64,000 nt of DNA from a virus (IMGVR_UViG_3300020112_000204:8003-72002); one strand, 5' to 3'. Shown: positions 26,110 to 34,972, numbered from the stretch's first letter. Program-made: numbers and translations. The notes: generated by a model not told the origin, from the sequence alone.

Positions 26110-26939
26110 GAGTTTATGTCACCACCTTTCTGAACCTCTTCCTCCGTGATGCTTGACTGCCTAACATCATTTTTACTTTTCTGAATAACATTCTGAGAAG
26201 CTGGGAATACTGTATTACGAAAGCCGTACAGTACAGCTATAGACGGGTACCCACTAACTACAGATGTATAATTCTCCATTAGCCAATCAATAGCTTTTAC
26301 AACGGTGTCTGCTCCATAGCCTGTGATTAACTGCTTCATCAGTGTACGGTCTTTCTGTGTTACTGTACCATACCAAACGCTAAGTACAGAGTTGTACTTA
26401 TCACTAAAGTAGTAGCACATATCTACTGCATTGTAGTCTTTAGGCTTTTTCATCTTATACCTGTCATACGGAGACAGTTTCTTTTGAGACTGGGGAGTCT
26501 GAGTCGAGAGCACCTCTTCTTCGACCTTGGGCTTCTCAGCCTCTACAATTACTATGTCCTCAATAGCATCTACTTCCTCACCTACGAACCTAATTCGATA
26601 AGAGGACGAGGACATATCTGTGTAGTTACCTTTCTTAACTCTGACAATCAATCCGTGTGAAACGGCTCTCTTGATACCCTCTGAAATGCTAGCTCTAGAT
26701 AGCCCAGTCAACTCTTCAAACTGAGAGTAACTAATTGCATCCTCAACCTTATAAATCGGGGACTGGGTTTCTCTATCCCACCCCTCGACCCATCCATATG
26801 TCTTTCTGAATACTGTCTGCACAATCTTAAGCTCAGATAGATTATCCACCTGTCTTAACACTACATCAAACCACTCATTCGGGATAGCCGTGTATCCTGA
26901 TAGGTCTTGCCTAGGCTTAAATCCATTAAAATCTTTCAC
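26103..26939 (-). CDS. Phage replication initiator (lambda O-like N-terminal wHTH)
   Basis: YTAIPNEWFD, RKTYGW, DAISYSQFEELTGLSRASI; adjacent to loader. Confidence 0.78.
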   Translation of the reverse strand: MKDFNGFKPRQDLSGYTAIPNEWFDVVLRQVDNLSELKIVQTVFRKTYGWVEGWDRETQSPIYKVEDAISYSQFEELTGLSRASISEGIKRAVSHGLIVRVKKGNYTDMSSSSYRIRFVGEEVDAIEDIVIVEAEKPKVEEEVLSTQTPQSQKKLSPYDRYKMKKPKDYNAVDMCYYFSDKYNSVLSVWYGTVTQKDRTLMKQLITGYGADTVVKAIDWLMENYTSVVSGYPSIAVLYGFRNTVFPASQNVIQKSKNDVRQSSITEEEVQKGGDINSW

Positions 26940-26942
26940 TAA

Positions 26943-27149
26943 TTACTCCTCTTCCGACATTTCAGAAACCTGACTTGCTAACTGGTCAATGGACTTTTGA
27001 ACTAGGTCAAGCTTAACCCTGAGTTCAGAAATACTACAAGTGTAGCGTGAAGCCAAGAGACTTTCGTCTAACAGCGTGGTGTCTATATCATCAGTTATGC
27101 TATTCAATAGACTTACTAGTTTATTAAGCCTGTCAATAACTTCGGACAT
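26943..27149 (-). CDS. Hypothetical coiled-coil protein
   Basis: ORF track. Confidence 0.55.
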   Translation of the reverse strand: MSEVIDRLNKLVSLLNSITDDIDTTLLDESLLASRYTCSISELRVKLDLVQKSIDQLASQVSEMSEEE

Positions 27150-27220
27150 TATGCTTTCCTCCCTACATTGTAATCTTTCCAGAAGTCTTGGATTTTCTTA
27201 AGCTTTCTAGACATACCCAT
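27149..27220 (-). CDS. 23-aa peptide MGMSRKLKKIQDFWKDYNVGRKA
   Basis: Strong AGGAGGTG RBS; TAATG overlap with next gene. Confidence 0.45.
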   Translation of the reverse strand: MGMSRKLKKIQDFWKDYNVGRKA

Positions 27221-27249
27221 TTTAATCACCTCCTCTCAAAAGTCAGGCA

Positions 27250-27543
27250 TTAGTCTCTGTCTCTCCATGTCCTACGGATACTGTACTGAGACAGCAAGTA
27301 GTCCTTCATACCCTCATAGTGTCTCTCACGGCACTTAGCACACTCTATGACATTATCACAGAACAGCTCTATCTCCTGTCTCCCATCATAGATTTCCATG
27401 CCCTCATAGGGATGAGGAATCTTAGGACACTTAACCGATGACTCAGCATCCAGTTCCTTAACTAGATTCACATACTTATTACACATCTGAATACAACCGA
27501 GCCTGTACTGAGTCACTTTGTTCATATCTGCATCTGGCATCAT
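27250..27543 (-). CDS. Hypothetical protein
   Basis: ORF track. Confidence 0.55.
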   Translation of the reverse strand: MMPDADMNKVTQYRLGCIQMCNKYVNLVKELDAESSVKCPKIPHPYEGMEIYDGRQEIELFCDNVIECAKCRERHYEGMKDYLLSQYSIRRTWRDRD

Positions 27544-27552
27544 ATCACCTCC

Positions 27553-27948
27553 TTATACCAAAGTGCACTTACTCCAGAAACCTCTAGAATTCTCACCCTG
27601 TTTTCTGTTTCGCTCCATATCGAACTTGTACTTATACGAACCAAAAGCTTCTATCTTCCCAGCTTTATTCGCTTCTACATCTGAAACTAGTAGGTCTATG
27701 TCAGAGTACCCATAGAAGTATCTCTGAACGCCTCTATCTATGACTACCTCTCTATGCTTAATCCCATCAAGCACATTAAAAGTGTACCTGAGCTTGCTCT
27801 TTCCAATATGGTCTGAGAGTCTTATGCTACCAGCTACACCATAGTCTAATTTTAAGTAGATGCTATTCGTTGTCTTACTTTCATAGTACTGAACTACATA
27901 CCCTAGTTCCTTTAGTCTTATAACTAACTCTTCTGCCCTATCCTTAAT
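27553..27948 (-). CDS. Hypothetical protein, frame open ~58 codons upstream of track start but lacking ATG
   Basis: IKDRAEELVIRLKELGY...NSIYLKLDYGVAGSIRLSDH in frame with track ORF 27553..27774. Confidence 0.55.
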   Translation of the reverse strand: MKDRAEELVIRLKELGYVVQYYESKTTNSIYLKLDYGVAGSIRLSDHIGKSKLRYTFNVLDGIKHREVVIDRGVQRYFYGYSDIDLLVSDVEANKAGKIEAFGSYKYKFDMERNRKQGENSRGFWSKCTLV

Positions 27949-28294
27949 ATATCTGTCCGTCTGTCATCACACCCTCCTTAATGAACATATCTAATACTTC
28001 TCTCTGGGCTGGAGTTATTATCTCAGCTTTGTATCCGCAACTCCACACGGAGACACAACCTGTCTGTTGAATAAGCCAAGTAAGGTAGTCAAACCACATA
28101 CTCTGAGGACAGCTTTCTATGAACTCCTGACGAGACATACCACGCTGAGTCCTACCTATTTCTATAAGCTTCTCTTGGTGGCTAGGGACAGCATATTCTA
28201 CTGTCCCGTCTGCTCTGACTACCACCTCTAAATAGTTCTTATAGATGCTCATATGCTTGCCTAAATCGAACTCGCAGCTTAAGTCATACATCAA
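27944..28294 (-). CDS. Hypothetical protein
   Basis: ORF track. Confidence 0.6.
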   Translation of the reverse strand: MMYDLSCEFDLGKHMSIYKNYLEVVVRADGTVEYAVPSHQEKLIEIGRTQRGMSRQEFIESCPQSMWFDYLTWLIQQTGCVSVWSCGYKAEIITPAQREVLDMFIKEGVMTDGQIY

Positions 28295-30327
28295 TGCCCC
28301 TCCGACCAGTTTTTACAAATCCGCACATCCGCATCGAGAGGTACTTCTAGCTTGAGAACATTTATCATAGTCTCCTTTACCTCTTTTGCAAGCTCTTCAG
28401 CAAGCTCATCTTTCACGACTATGAGTATCTCATCGTGCACCTGTATCATTAAGTAAGCTCCATCATATTTGGGAAGAACCTCGAAGTGTAACTTATTCAT
28501 AGCCAACTTCATAATGTCTCCTGCTGAACCCTGAATCTTGTTATTGATGCTCTGTCTTTCTGCCGAGCCTTTCTCAGACCACACCTGTGAGTTTATCTGT
28601 GGAAGTCTTCTCTTTCTACCTGTCAAAGTTCTAAGGCTCTGGTACTTTCTAGTCATAATCTTGGTCTTTTCCATAAAGTTCTTTACAGCGGGGAATGCTC
28701 TGAAATACATATCAATGTACTCCTGAGCTTCAGACTCGGTCATTCCTGTTCCACCAGCAAGACCTTTAGCACCCATACCATAAATCAGACCAAAGTTTAC
28801 TGACTTTGCGTTCTGTCGCATAAGCAATACTGCCTTATCCTGTTCTGTAAGGCATCCTTCGTGGTCATGCTTTTTAGCAATCTCAAACGCCTCATACGGA
28901 ATGTGCTTAACCTGTGATGCTGTCTGTGCGTGTAGGTCTCTGCCCGTTCTGTAGGCTTCCACCATAACTGGGTCTTTACTAAAGTGAGCCATAACCCTTA
29001 GCTCAATCTGTGAGTAGTCAGCATTGATTATGCTATGTCCCTCTGGAGCGATAAAGGCTCTCTTTATCTCTGTTTCCTTGTCTCTTGACGGAATGTTCTG
29101 CAAGTTCGGATTATTCGATGACAATCTACCTGTTACGGTGCCTGTCTGGTTAAACTGACCATGTATCTTGCCGTCTGCTCTTATCTTCTCAAGCAAACCT
29201 GTGATATATGTACCCTCAATCTTTGAGAGCATCTTATACCTTGCTATCTTCTGTGCTATCGGGTACCCTTTTCTTGCTAGGATACGCATAGTCTCTGAGT
29301 CTGTAGCAGGAGTTCCTGTCTTTGTTCTACCAAGTACTGGGCAACCCATTTCCTCGAACAGAATCTTTCCTAGCTGCTTAGGGCTATTAACATTTACAGG
29401 CTTACCCGCAAGCTCATTGATATCTGCTTGCAGTTGCATCATCTCAGACTTAACCCAAGTACCTGTCTTTTTCAAGTACTCTACATCAAGGTCTACTCCG
29501 TGGATTTCCATAGAAGTCAGAACCTTAACAAATGGGCACTCAACCTCTAGGAACACTTTAGTCAAACCCTCTGACTCAAGCATTGGTGCTTGCTTCTCCA
29601 TGAGCTTATAGGTTACAATAGCGTCATCTGCACCATACTCTGTAGCTAAAAGAAGCTCTACAGACTTAAAGCTCACACCTTTTCCAACAACTTTGTCGAA
29701 TGGAAGCTGTTCGTAGTTAAAATACCTGCGAGACTGCTTTTTCAGACCATGCTCATTGTTCTCATTCAAAAGCCAGTCTGCAATCATTGTGTCAACAACT
29801 TCTCCTGCTACATCTATGCCACAAGTAAAGTGAAATACCTGCATATCGAACTTAGCATTTTGCAAAATCTTTGTGACTGTTTCATCCTCAAGAAGAGGCT
29901 TAACTAAGTCAATGTAGTCTTTCTTTGACATCTGAATTTCAAGAGTGTCATGAGCTAAAGGAATGTACCAACCCTCTTTACCATCACAGAATGAGCTACC
30001 GACTAACTGACAGCTAACATAATCAAGTGAGTCTGTTTCTGTATCAACGGAGAACGCACCTGACTCCCTGCACTTTCTGACCACCTCTGCGAAATCCTCT
30101 TTAGTCTGAACCAGATACTTAGGTATCCCTAGAGTATCCTCACCAACGCTTATATGAAGAAAGTCTCCATCATTTGTAGGCTCATCTGGAAGACTAAACT
30201 CTGCTTGAGCTTTTTCAAATGCCTGTTCCTCAAAGCTCTTATTTGGCTTTGAACCTAAGTAGTAGGTCTTGTCGATGGTCTTAAGCCCGAACTGACCTTT
30301 AACATATACCTTTTTGACTAACCTCAT
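28291..30327 (-). CDS. polA: Family A DNA polymerase (3'-5' exonuclease + polymerase)
   Basis: VDTET, QNAKFD, TGRLSS.NPNLQNIP, ADYSQIELR, AKSVNFGLIYG, VHDE. Confidence 0.96.
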   Translation of the reverse strand: MRLVKKVYVKGQFGLKTIDKTYYLGSKPNKSFEEQAFEKAQAEFSLPDEPTNDGDFLHISVGEDTLGIPKYLVQTKEDFAEVVRKCRESGAFSVDTETDSLDYVSCQLVGSSFCDGKEGWYIPLAHDTLEIQMSKKDYIDLVKPLLEDETVTKILQNAKFDMQVFHFTCGIDVAGEVVDTMIADWLLNENNEHGLKKQSRRYFNYEQLPFDKVVGKGVSFKSVELLLATEYGADDAIVTYKLMEKQAPMLESEGLTKVFLEVECPFVKVLTSMEIHGVDLDVEYLKKTGTWVKSEMMQLQADINELAGKPVNVNSPKQLGKILFEEMGCPVLGRTKTGTPATDSETMRILARKGYPIAQKIARYKMLSKIEGTYITGLLEKIRADGKIHGQFNQTGTVTGRLSSNNPNLQNIPSRDKETEIKRAFIAPEGHSIINADYSQIELRVMAHFSKDPVMVEAYRTGRDLHAQTASQVKHIPYEAFEIAKKHDHEGCLTEQDKAVLLMRQNAKSVNFGLIYGMGAKGLAGGTGMTESEAQEYIDMYFRAFPAVKNFMEKTKIMTRKYQSLRTLTGRKRRLPQINSQVWSEKGSAERQSINNKIQGSAGDIMKLAMNKLHFEVLPKYDGAYLMIQVHDEILIVVKDELAEELAKEVKETMINVLKLEVPLDADVRICKNWSEGH

Positions 30328-30533
30328 TAGTAACCTATCCCTCCGAAATTGTAGTTTCCCTGCTTGATTGCCTCATGGTCAGCCTGTACCGCTTCTTTGT
30401 AGTCCTCACGCTGAGTCTCTTTTCGCTTACACTCCATGCAAATACAGTCTTCATTGTACATAGACATCGTTCTACCATTTTCGAGAGAACCACCACACCT
30501 GTCACAACGAGTCTGAGTAAAAAACTTATCCAA
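30327..30533 (-). CDS. Small Zn-finger hypothetical protein
   Basis: CDRCG...CICMEC. Confidence 0.65.
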   Translation of the reverse strand: MDKFFTQTRCDRCGGSLENGRTMSMYNEDCICMECKRKETQREDYKEAVQADHEAIKQGNYNFGGIGY

Positions 30534-30729
30534 AACAAATACCTCCCTCTAAGAACATAGTCATATCAACTGCGTCCTTAAAATTCTTACTTTCCATAAA
30601 ATCCATGAACTGGTCGTATGCTTCAGGCTCACTAGCCTTGAGTCTCCTCAAACTCTGGCAGAGTCGGGAGTAGAAGCCCTGACTTAATGCCAAGGCTTCC
30701 ATTGTCTTTTCTATCTCAGTTCTGTCCAT
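30526..30729 (-). CDS. Hypothetical protein
   Basis: ORF track. Confidence 0.6.
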   Translation of the reverse strand: MDRTEIEKTMEALALSQGFYSRLCQSLRRLKASEPEAYDQFMDFMESKNFKDAVDMTMFLEGGICFG

Positions 30730-31174
30730 TACTCTCGAATCCTTTCAACTGCCCAACAATTCTCCTGCACTCACCCTCGCAGTATTCTAAATCCTTAGGG
30801 AACTCATCATCGAAGAACACGAAACTGTCTCTCATAGACTCTATGAGCCTAATGTGCTGAGGCGAGTCGCTAAAGTACTCAAGCCCCTTATCAAAGTCAG
30901 GCTTATCTCCCCAGTGGGCACAATCGAAGCCAATCCACCAGATGCCCTCTGATTCCACGCTAATAAGTGAGCTATCACTGTAGGTCAAGCATCCGTGGCA
31001 CTCAACGGGAATGTTCTCATACATCTCTCCATAAAACGGGTGAGACTTGGGTACTCCTACATACCCGCATCTGTGGCAAGTGGGCATGAACTTAACTACG
31101 CAAGTGTACCCATCAAGTTCAAAAATGCTCTCTACTATGTCTTTCATCATATTATCTTCCTCCGTATAATGCAA
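30716..31174 (-). CDS. Conserved phage hypothetical protein
   Basis: HRCGYVGVP..HP, VECHG.LTYS, WWIGFDCAH. Confidence 0.7.
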   Translation of the reverse strand: MHYTEEDNMMKDIVESIFELDGYTCVVKFMPTCHRCGYVGVPKSHPFYGEMYENIPVECHGCLTYSDSSLISVESEGIWWIGFDCAHWGDKPDFDKGLEYFSDSPQHIRLIESMRDSFVFFDDEFPKDLEYCEGECRRIVGQLKGFESNGQN

Positions 31175-32873
31175 ATATTATTCTCTGAACGAGTTTTCCG
31201 ATGGCTTCAAAATGCTCTTTCGTGTTGTCCAGTGTTCCATAGATGACATGAGCCATCTCGTGAGCGATTGTGTCAATATTCATAAGAACGAACTTCATGT
31301 CCTCTGCGGTGAGGTCACTAGCGTCATCCTTAAGACCTTTGTACTCAGCCAGATACTTGCGATTGATAAAAATCGAGTTACCCTTGGCTACTGCGAATGA
31401 CTCGAACTCTTCCTTGCTGACCTCATCCCCATCAATATTGATTACTCTGTAGCTTCTAACATCTGCGATAGAGAACATATCATATCGACCTGCTACTGAA
31501 CGACCTATCTCTGCTAGAATCTTGTAGGCTCTGATTTCAGCTTCGTTCTGAGGCGTGATGTTCTTGAAGTCTACACGCATAGTTACTAGTTTAGGCAACT
31601 CACTAATGTGCCTAAATCTTCTGTCCTCCATAAGGACTTTCTCCTCAAGTACATTTCTTATTTCTACAACGGGAATGTTGTAAAGCTGAGCCAACTGAAT
31701 TGCATCCATCATCGTGGGTACCTCAGAGGTCTTAACATAGAACCCATACTTAAGCTCTTTAACGCCAATACCCGTTTGCTTGGACTCCTTTACGGATACT
31801 GGGATATGGGTTATAGCTGATTCAGAGCTAAAATCAGCAACAGAGCCAATCTTAACTCCTGATACTTTTCTAACCCCTTCACCTGAACTGGGAGTAGACT
31901 TGTGAGTCTTATGCTCACGCTCTTCCTCATCCTTAGAGTCTGATAGAAACTTGAACTTTACTAATCCTCTGTAGTCACCAATACTCAGATATCTTTCTAC
32001 GGTGTCTGCATACTTAGCGATGTCCTCATCCGAGCCCCTTCTCAGAACTGAAATGAACATCTTCTTAACCTCTTCCTTAAGGCTCTCGGTCATCCTATCA
32101 TAGTCGCTATCATAAATCACATCTTTCCTGTCAGGACTTCTGAGACTGATTTTGCCATCAACAAAATTGAGGACACCTCTTACTCCCCACATGGGCTGGT
32201 TTTTTACAAATCTTGAATAAGCGAATGTTCTAAGGCTATCATCATAGCCATCTGCTCCCCACTTGAAAGGCTGAATCCAACCCGTGAACCATTCATTGCT
32301 AACCTTCTTTGCGAAGATGTTTTCTGTGTCGGGTTCAGTTCCAGCGAACTTGACCCTTTCACCATTGATGCTCATCGTTGGGGACTTGATGTACTTTCCC
32401 ACTTCTCTGAACCTTGATATCGTTGCCCACTGCGAGTACTCATTAGTCATATCACTAAGGACTACTACAAATCCACTTCTTCTAGTACTGCGTCTGACCT
32501 TGATGCAATCCGTGGTCTCTTTCTCGAACATTTCCTTTACATCAAATACAGCATCAAATCCAATGCTGGACACCTTAATCGTGTCTGCTACCATCATAGT
32601 AGAGAAAAATCCCTCTCCAAAAGGATTCTGAGACGCTACTGACTCGTCCCATCCACTTGAGGACTTATCGAAAAGGACTTGGGGGTCGGAACACCCAACC
32701 CCGTTGTCCTCTATGATTACTCGGTCATATTCAACTGTTACCTTGATGTGCGTTGCCTTTGCTCTCTGGGCATTCTGAACCAATTCATCCACCCAAGTCA
32801 ACCTGTCTGCATAAGTGCTATGTCTGAGCTTTTTCATCTCATTGAGTACATTTACCTTAACTTCCATTACCAA
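31152..32873 (-). CDS. GHKL (Hsp90/MutL-type) ATPase with C-terminal HExxH motif
   Basis: ELVQNAQRA, EDNGVG, GEGFFS; C-terminal AHEMAH...H-F. Confidence 0.75.
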   Translation of the reverse strand: MVMEVKVNVLNEMKKLRHSTYADRLTWVDELVQNAQRAKATHIKVTVEYDRVIIEDNGVGCSDPQVLFDKSSSGWDESVASQNPFGEGFFSTMMVADTIKVSSIGFDAVFDVKEMFEKETTDCIKVRRSTRRSGFVVVLSDMTNEYSQWATISRFREVGKYIKSPTMSINGERVKFAGTEPDTENIFAKKVSNEWFTGWIQPFKWGADGYDDSLRTFAYSRFVKNQPMWGVRGVLNFVDGKISLRSPDRKDVIYDSDYDRMTESLKEEVKKMFISVLRRGSDEDIAKYADTVERYLSIGDYRGLVKFKFLSDSKDEEEREHKTHKSTPSSGEGVRKVSGVKIGSVADFSSESAITHIPVSVKESKQTGIGVKELKYGFYVKTSEVPTMMDAIQLAQLYNIPVVEIRNVLEEKVLMEDRRFRHISELPKLVTMRVDFKNITPQNEAEIRAYKILAEIGRSVAGRYDMFSIADVRSYRVINIDGDEVSKEEFESFAVAKGNSIFINRKYLAEYKGLKDDASDLTAEDMKFVLMNIDTIAHEMAHVIYGTLDNTKEHFEAIGKLVQRIIFALYGGR

Positions 32874-33094
32874 TCTTCCTCCGTGTCCTCGTATCCGTTC
32901 TCATAAGCTTTTTCGTTAGCCATATCTACATACTCATCACATACAGCTATCAGGTTACAGTAGTCACCACTTGTGGCTCTGTCGTGCATCTCCTGAACCT
33001 TATCTGCTAAGCCCTCACGCTTGAGAGCTCTTGAGGTGTATCCCATAATTGCGAAAGCGTTTCCATCAACGCCGATTAGAGTGTACTTTGCCAT
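32867..33094 (-). CDS. Conserved phage hypothetical protein
   Basis: LIGVDGNAFAIMGY...SGDY. Confidence 0.7.
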   Translation of the reverse strand: MAKYTLIGVDGNAFAIMGYTSRALKREGLADKVQEMHDRATSGDYCNLIAVCDEYVDMANEKAYENGYEDTEEDW

Positions 33095-33097
33095 GTC

Positions 33098-33517
33098 TTA
33101 ATCCTCCACTTGTACATAAATATAAATCTTTTCTCCTACGAGCAAGTTATCACTGCCCCTGCCATTGAGTTCCTTAACTGCCTGAACCCATTCTCTGACA
33201 TCACCTGAAGTGAACGAGCAACCGATATCCCAAAGGGTATCACCGCCCCTTACTGTATAGGTAGCTACCTGCCATTCGTCTGAGTCCCAAGCTTCCTGTG
33301 TGTCCGCAAAAGCACAGAGACACAAGCCCATGAACAGAAATGCAACAAATGCTATCACAGCCTGCCGAACTCGGTCTTTCATCTGCTTGTTGCGATTGTT
33401 CTTAGCCTCGTACTTATCGAAGCCTCCCTCGGGGTCGTAGAATAAGTAGTCATCCATCTTATGCTTCCTCCTCATCCATGTCATCAAATCCCTCGAACAT
33501 CCTGTTCCAGCACTCAC
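33098..33517 (-). CDS. TM-LysM protein (YneA-like)
   Basis: Single TM then YTVRGGDTLWDI...VKELN...LLVGEKI. Confidence 0.75.
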   Translation of the reverse strand: MSAGTGCSRDLMTWMRRKHKMDDYLFYDPEGGFDKYEAKNNRNKQMKDRVRQAVIAFVAFLFMGLCLCAFADTQEAWDSDEWQVATYTVRGGDTLWDIGCSFTSGDVREWVQAVKELNGRGSDNLLVGEKIYIYVQVED

Positions 33518-33707
33518 CGCAGGTACCGCTGATGAATACTTCTCTTACCTCAGGGCTCACATTCGGGAGAGCATCCTGAATGAGCATCTTTCTCTGCTCC
33601 CAAGCCTGATACCTTACAAACTCCTCATCCGTGAGGTCTAATGTGACAACCTTACTGCACATTCTGCATCTTGCTCCGACTCTGATTACTTTTCTGTCCA
33701 TTTTCAT
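33459..33707 (-). CDS. Zn-ribbon hypothetical protein
   Basis: CRMC...CGECW. Confidence 0.65.
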   Translation of the reverse strand: MKMDRKVIRVGARCRMCSKVVTLDLTDEEFVRYQAWEQRKMLIQDALPNVSPEVREVFISGTCGECWNRMFEGFDDMDEEEA

Positions 33708-33716
33708 TATCCTTTC

Positions 33717-34286
33717 TTAAACCTTAGTCATACCTGATTTAACTGAACCTGCTCTTTCGATATAGGAAGAAGTCCAACCTTTTGTTCTTTCGACTGCTTC
33801 TTCAATCTCTTCTTGTGTGGTCGGGTAAACCTCTAATCCCTTTACCATCTTGCACCCTCTGTCCTTGAAAGACTTGTACTGTGCTGGCTTTGAGGTCTTG
33901 CCCTTTCCCTTAGCGACTTCAGCCTTGGTAGCCTTTCCAAACTGGGCTACTTGAGCTTTAGCCATTCTTGCATCCGTGGCTTTTACAACTGTTGTCTTGG
34001 TCTTGCCATCCTTGTTTGATACGAATGTGACTACGAAGTTCTTAACCTCTCTGTTCTCTTTCTTCTCTGATTCCACTTCCTCTCTGTGTGTCCTGCCTGT
34101 GGTAGGAACAATGTATTTTCTATTCTTGTTGTCGAACGCAACTTCTCTAGCCCCGACTGCCGTCCAACCGTACTCACTCTTGACTAGATTCTTAGCATCC
34201 TCTTTTGAGTAAGCTTTAACTGTGATGGTCTTGTAGTTTCCAATTCCGTACTTCCAACACTTAACTGAGAAATAAGGCATATCCAA
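33717..34286 (-). CDS. Basic hypothetical protein with two similar modules
   Basis: TITVKAYSKEDAKNLV / TTVVKATDARMAKAQV. Confidence 0.6.
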   Translation of the reverse strand: MDMPYFSVKCWKYGIGNYKTITVKAYSKEDAKNLVKSEYGWTAVGAREVAFDNKNRKYIVPTTGRTHREEVESEKKENREVKNFVVTFVSNKDGKTKTTVVKATDARMAKAQVAQFGKATKAEVAKGKGKTSKPAQYKSFKDRGCKMVKGLEVYPTTQEEIEEAVERTKGWTSSYIERAGSVKSGMTKV

Positions 34287-34314
34287 ATTCCTTTCTGCCC
34301 AACTGGGTCTTTTA

Positions 34315-34494
34315 TTAACCTAACGCAATGATGTTTACTACTACTGTGAATTCCTTGCTTCTGTACCCGACTTTAGCAAGCTTGTTGTATACGGACACAA
34401 TCTGGAAGAAAACTTCTGCTTGCTCCTCCCAATCTGATGCCGTGTAATACCTGTCCACCAATTCACTGAGGATTGCTTCTACTTCTGAGTTCAT
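34315..34494 (-). CDS. First early gene, 59-aa hypothetical
   Basis: Start reset to MNSEV after AAAGGAG. Confidence 0.55.
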   Translation of the reverse strand: MNSEVEAILSELVDRYYTASDWEEQAEVFFQIVSVYNKLAKVGYRSKEFTVVVNIIALG

Positions 34495-34509
34495 ATCTGA
34501 CTCTCCTTT

Positions 34510-34529
34510 CCTGTGGTTATAACCACAGG
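34510..34529. promoter_or_regulatory. Perfect 20-bp palindrome CCTGTGGTTATAACCACAGG
   Basis: Abuts RBS of first early gene. Confidence 0.6.
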
Positions 34530-34911
34530 TCAAGGGGCAACATTAGCTTTGCCCCTATCCCTCTAGTTACAACTAGGGACAGATTGCTGAACGCCTACTT
34601 GGGGTCACGCCCGCACCCCGAACCAACTCTAGCTTCCTTTATCCGAGTCTAGTCCCGAGACCTTTCGGCTATCCACACTATAACTTTCATCAGCTTCGGC
34701 AGTCATTTCAATCTGTCTATCCTGTTGTTCCTCTCCCTTTCGGCTTCATCGCCTACCCCTCGGATTGTACCACATCTGTGTCGATTACGAGTGTCGGGTT
34801 CGTTTGCTGAATCAGTATTTGTTAGGCTTTAATTAACCTATATCCTATCTTTGACTTATCAAAGACACGAGATAACTTAATCGTTGCTTTACCTTGTATA
34901 AGTGGTGTTTT
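34530..34911 (-). ncRNA. Candidate structured ncRNA / long 5' leader
   Basis: No credible ORF; multiple hairpins and long-range complements (9, 7, 6 bp); class not recognised. Confidence 0.45.
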
Positions 34912-34917
34912 TATTTT

Positions 34918-34972
34918 ATTATATAATAGAATTATGAATAGGGTATGAATTTTCTATGAATTTTCTGTGAAT
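34918..34972 (-). promoter_or_regulatory. TATAAT -10 preceded by four 11-bp-phased TTCA(C/T)A repeats
   Basis: TTCACA-N5-TTCATA-N5-TTCATA-N5-TTCATA-N9-TATAAT; no canonical -35. Confidence 0.65.

Noticed and set aside
34640-34700. Hammerhead ribozyme (CTGATGA...GAAA)
   Set aside because: Stem II closing pair and the NUH cleavage triplet do not fit (AG where UH is required)
34530-34911. RNase P RNA, group I/II intron, or known riboswitch (incl. preQ1)
   Set aside because: Only fragmentary resemblances; conserved cores (e.g. GAGGAAAGUCC, P7 elements, domain V) absent
34933-34972. CRISPR array
   Set aside because: Repeats are 6-7 bp with 11-bp period; no cas genes (the Cas4-like nuclease is a common stand-alone phage gene)
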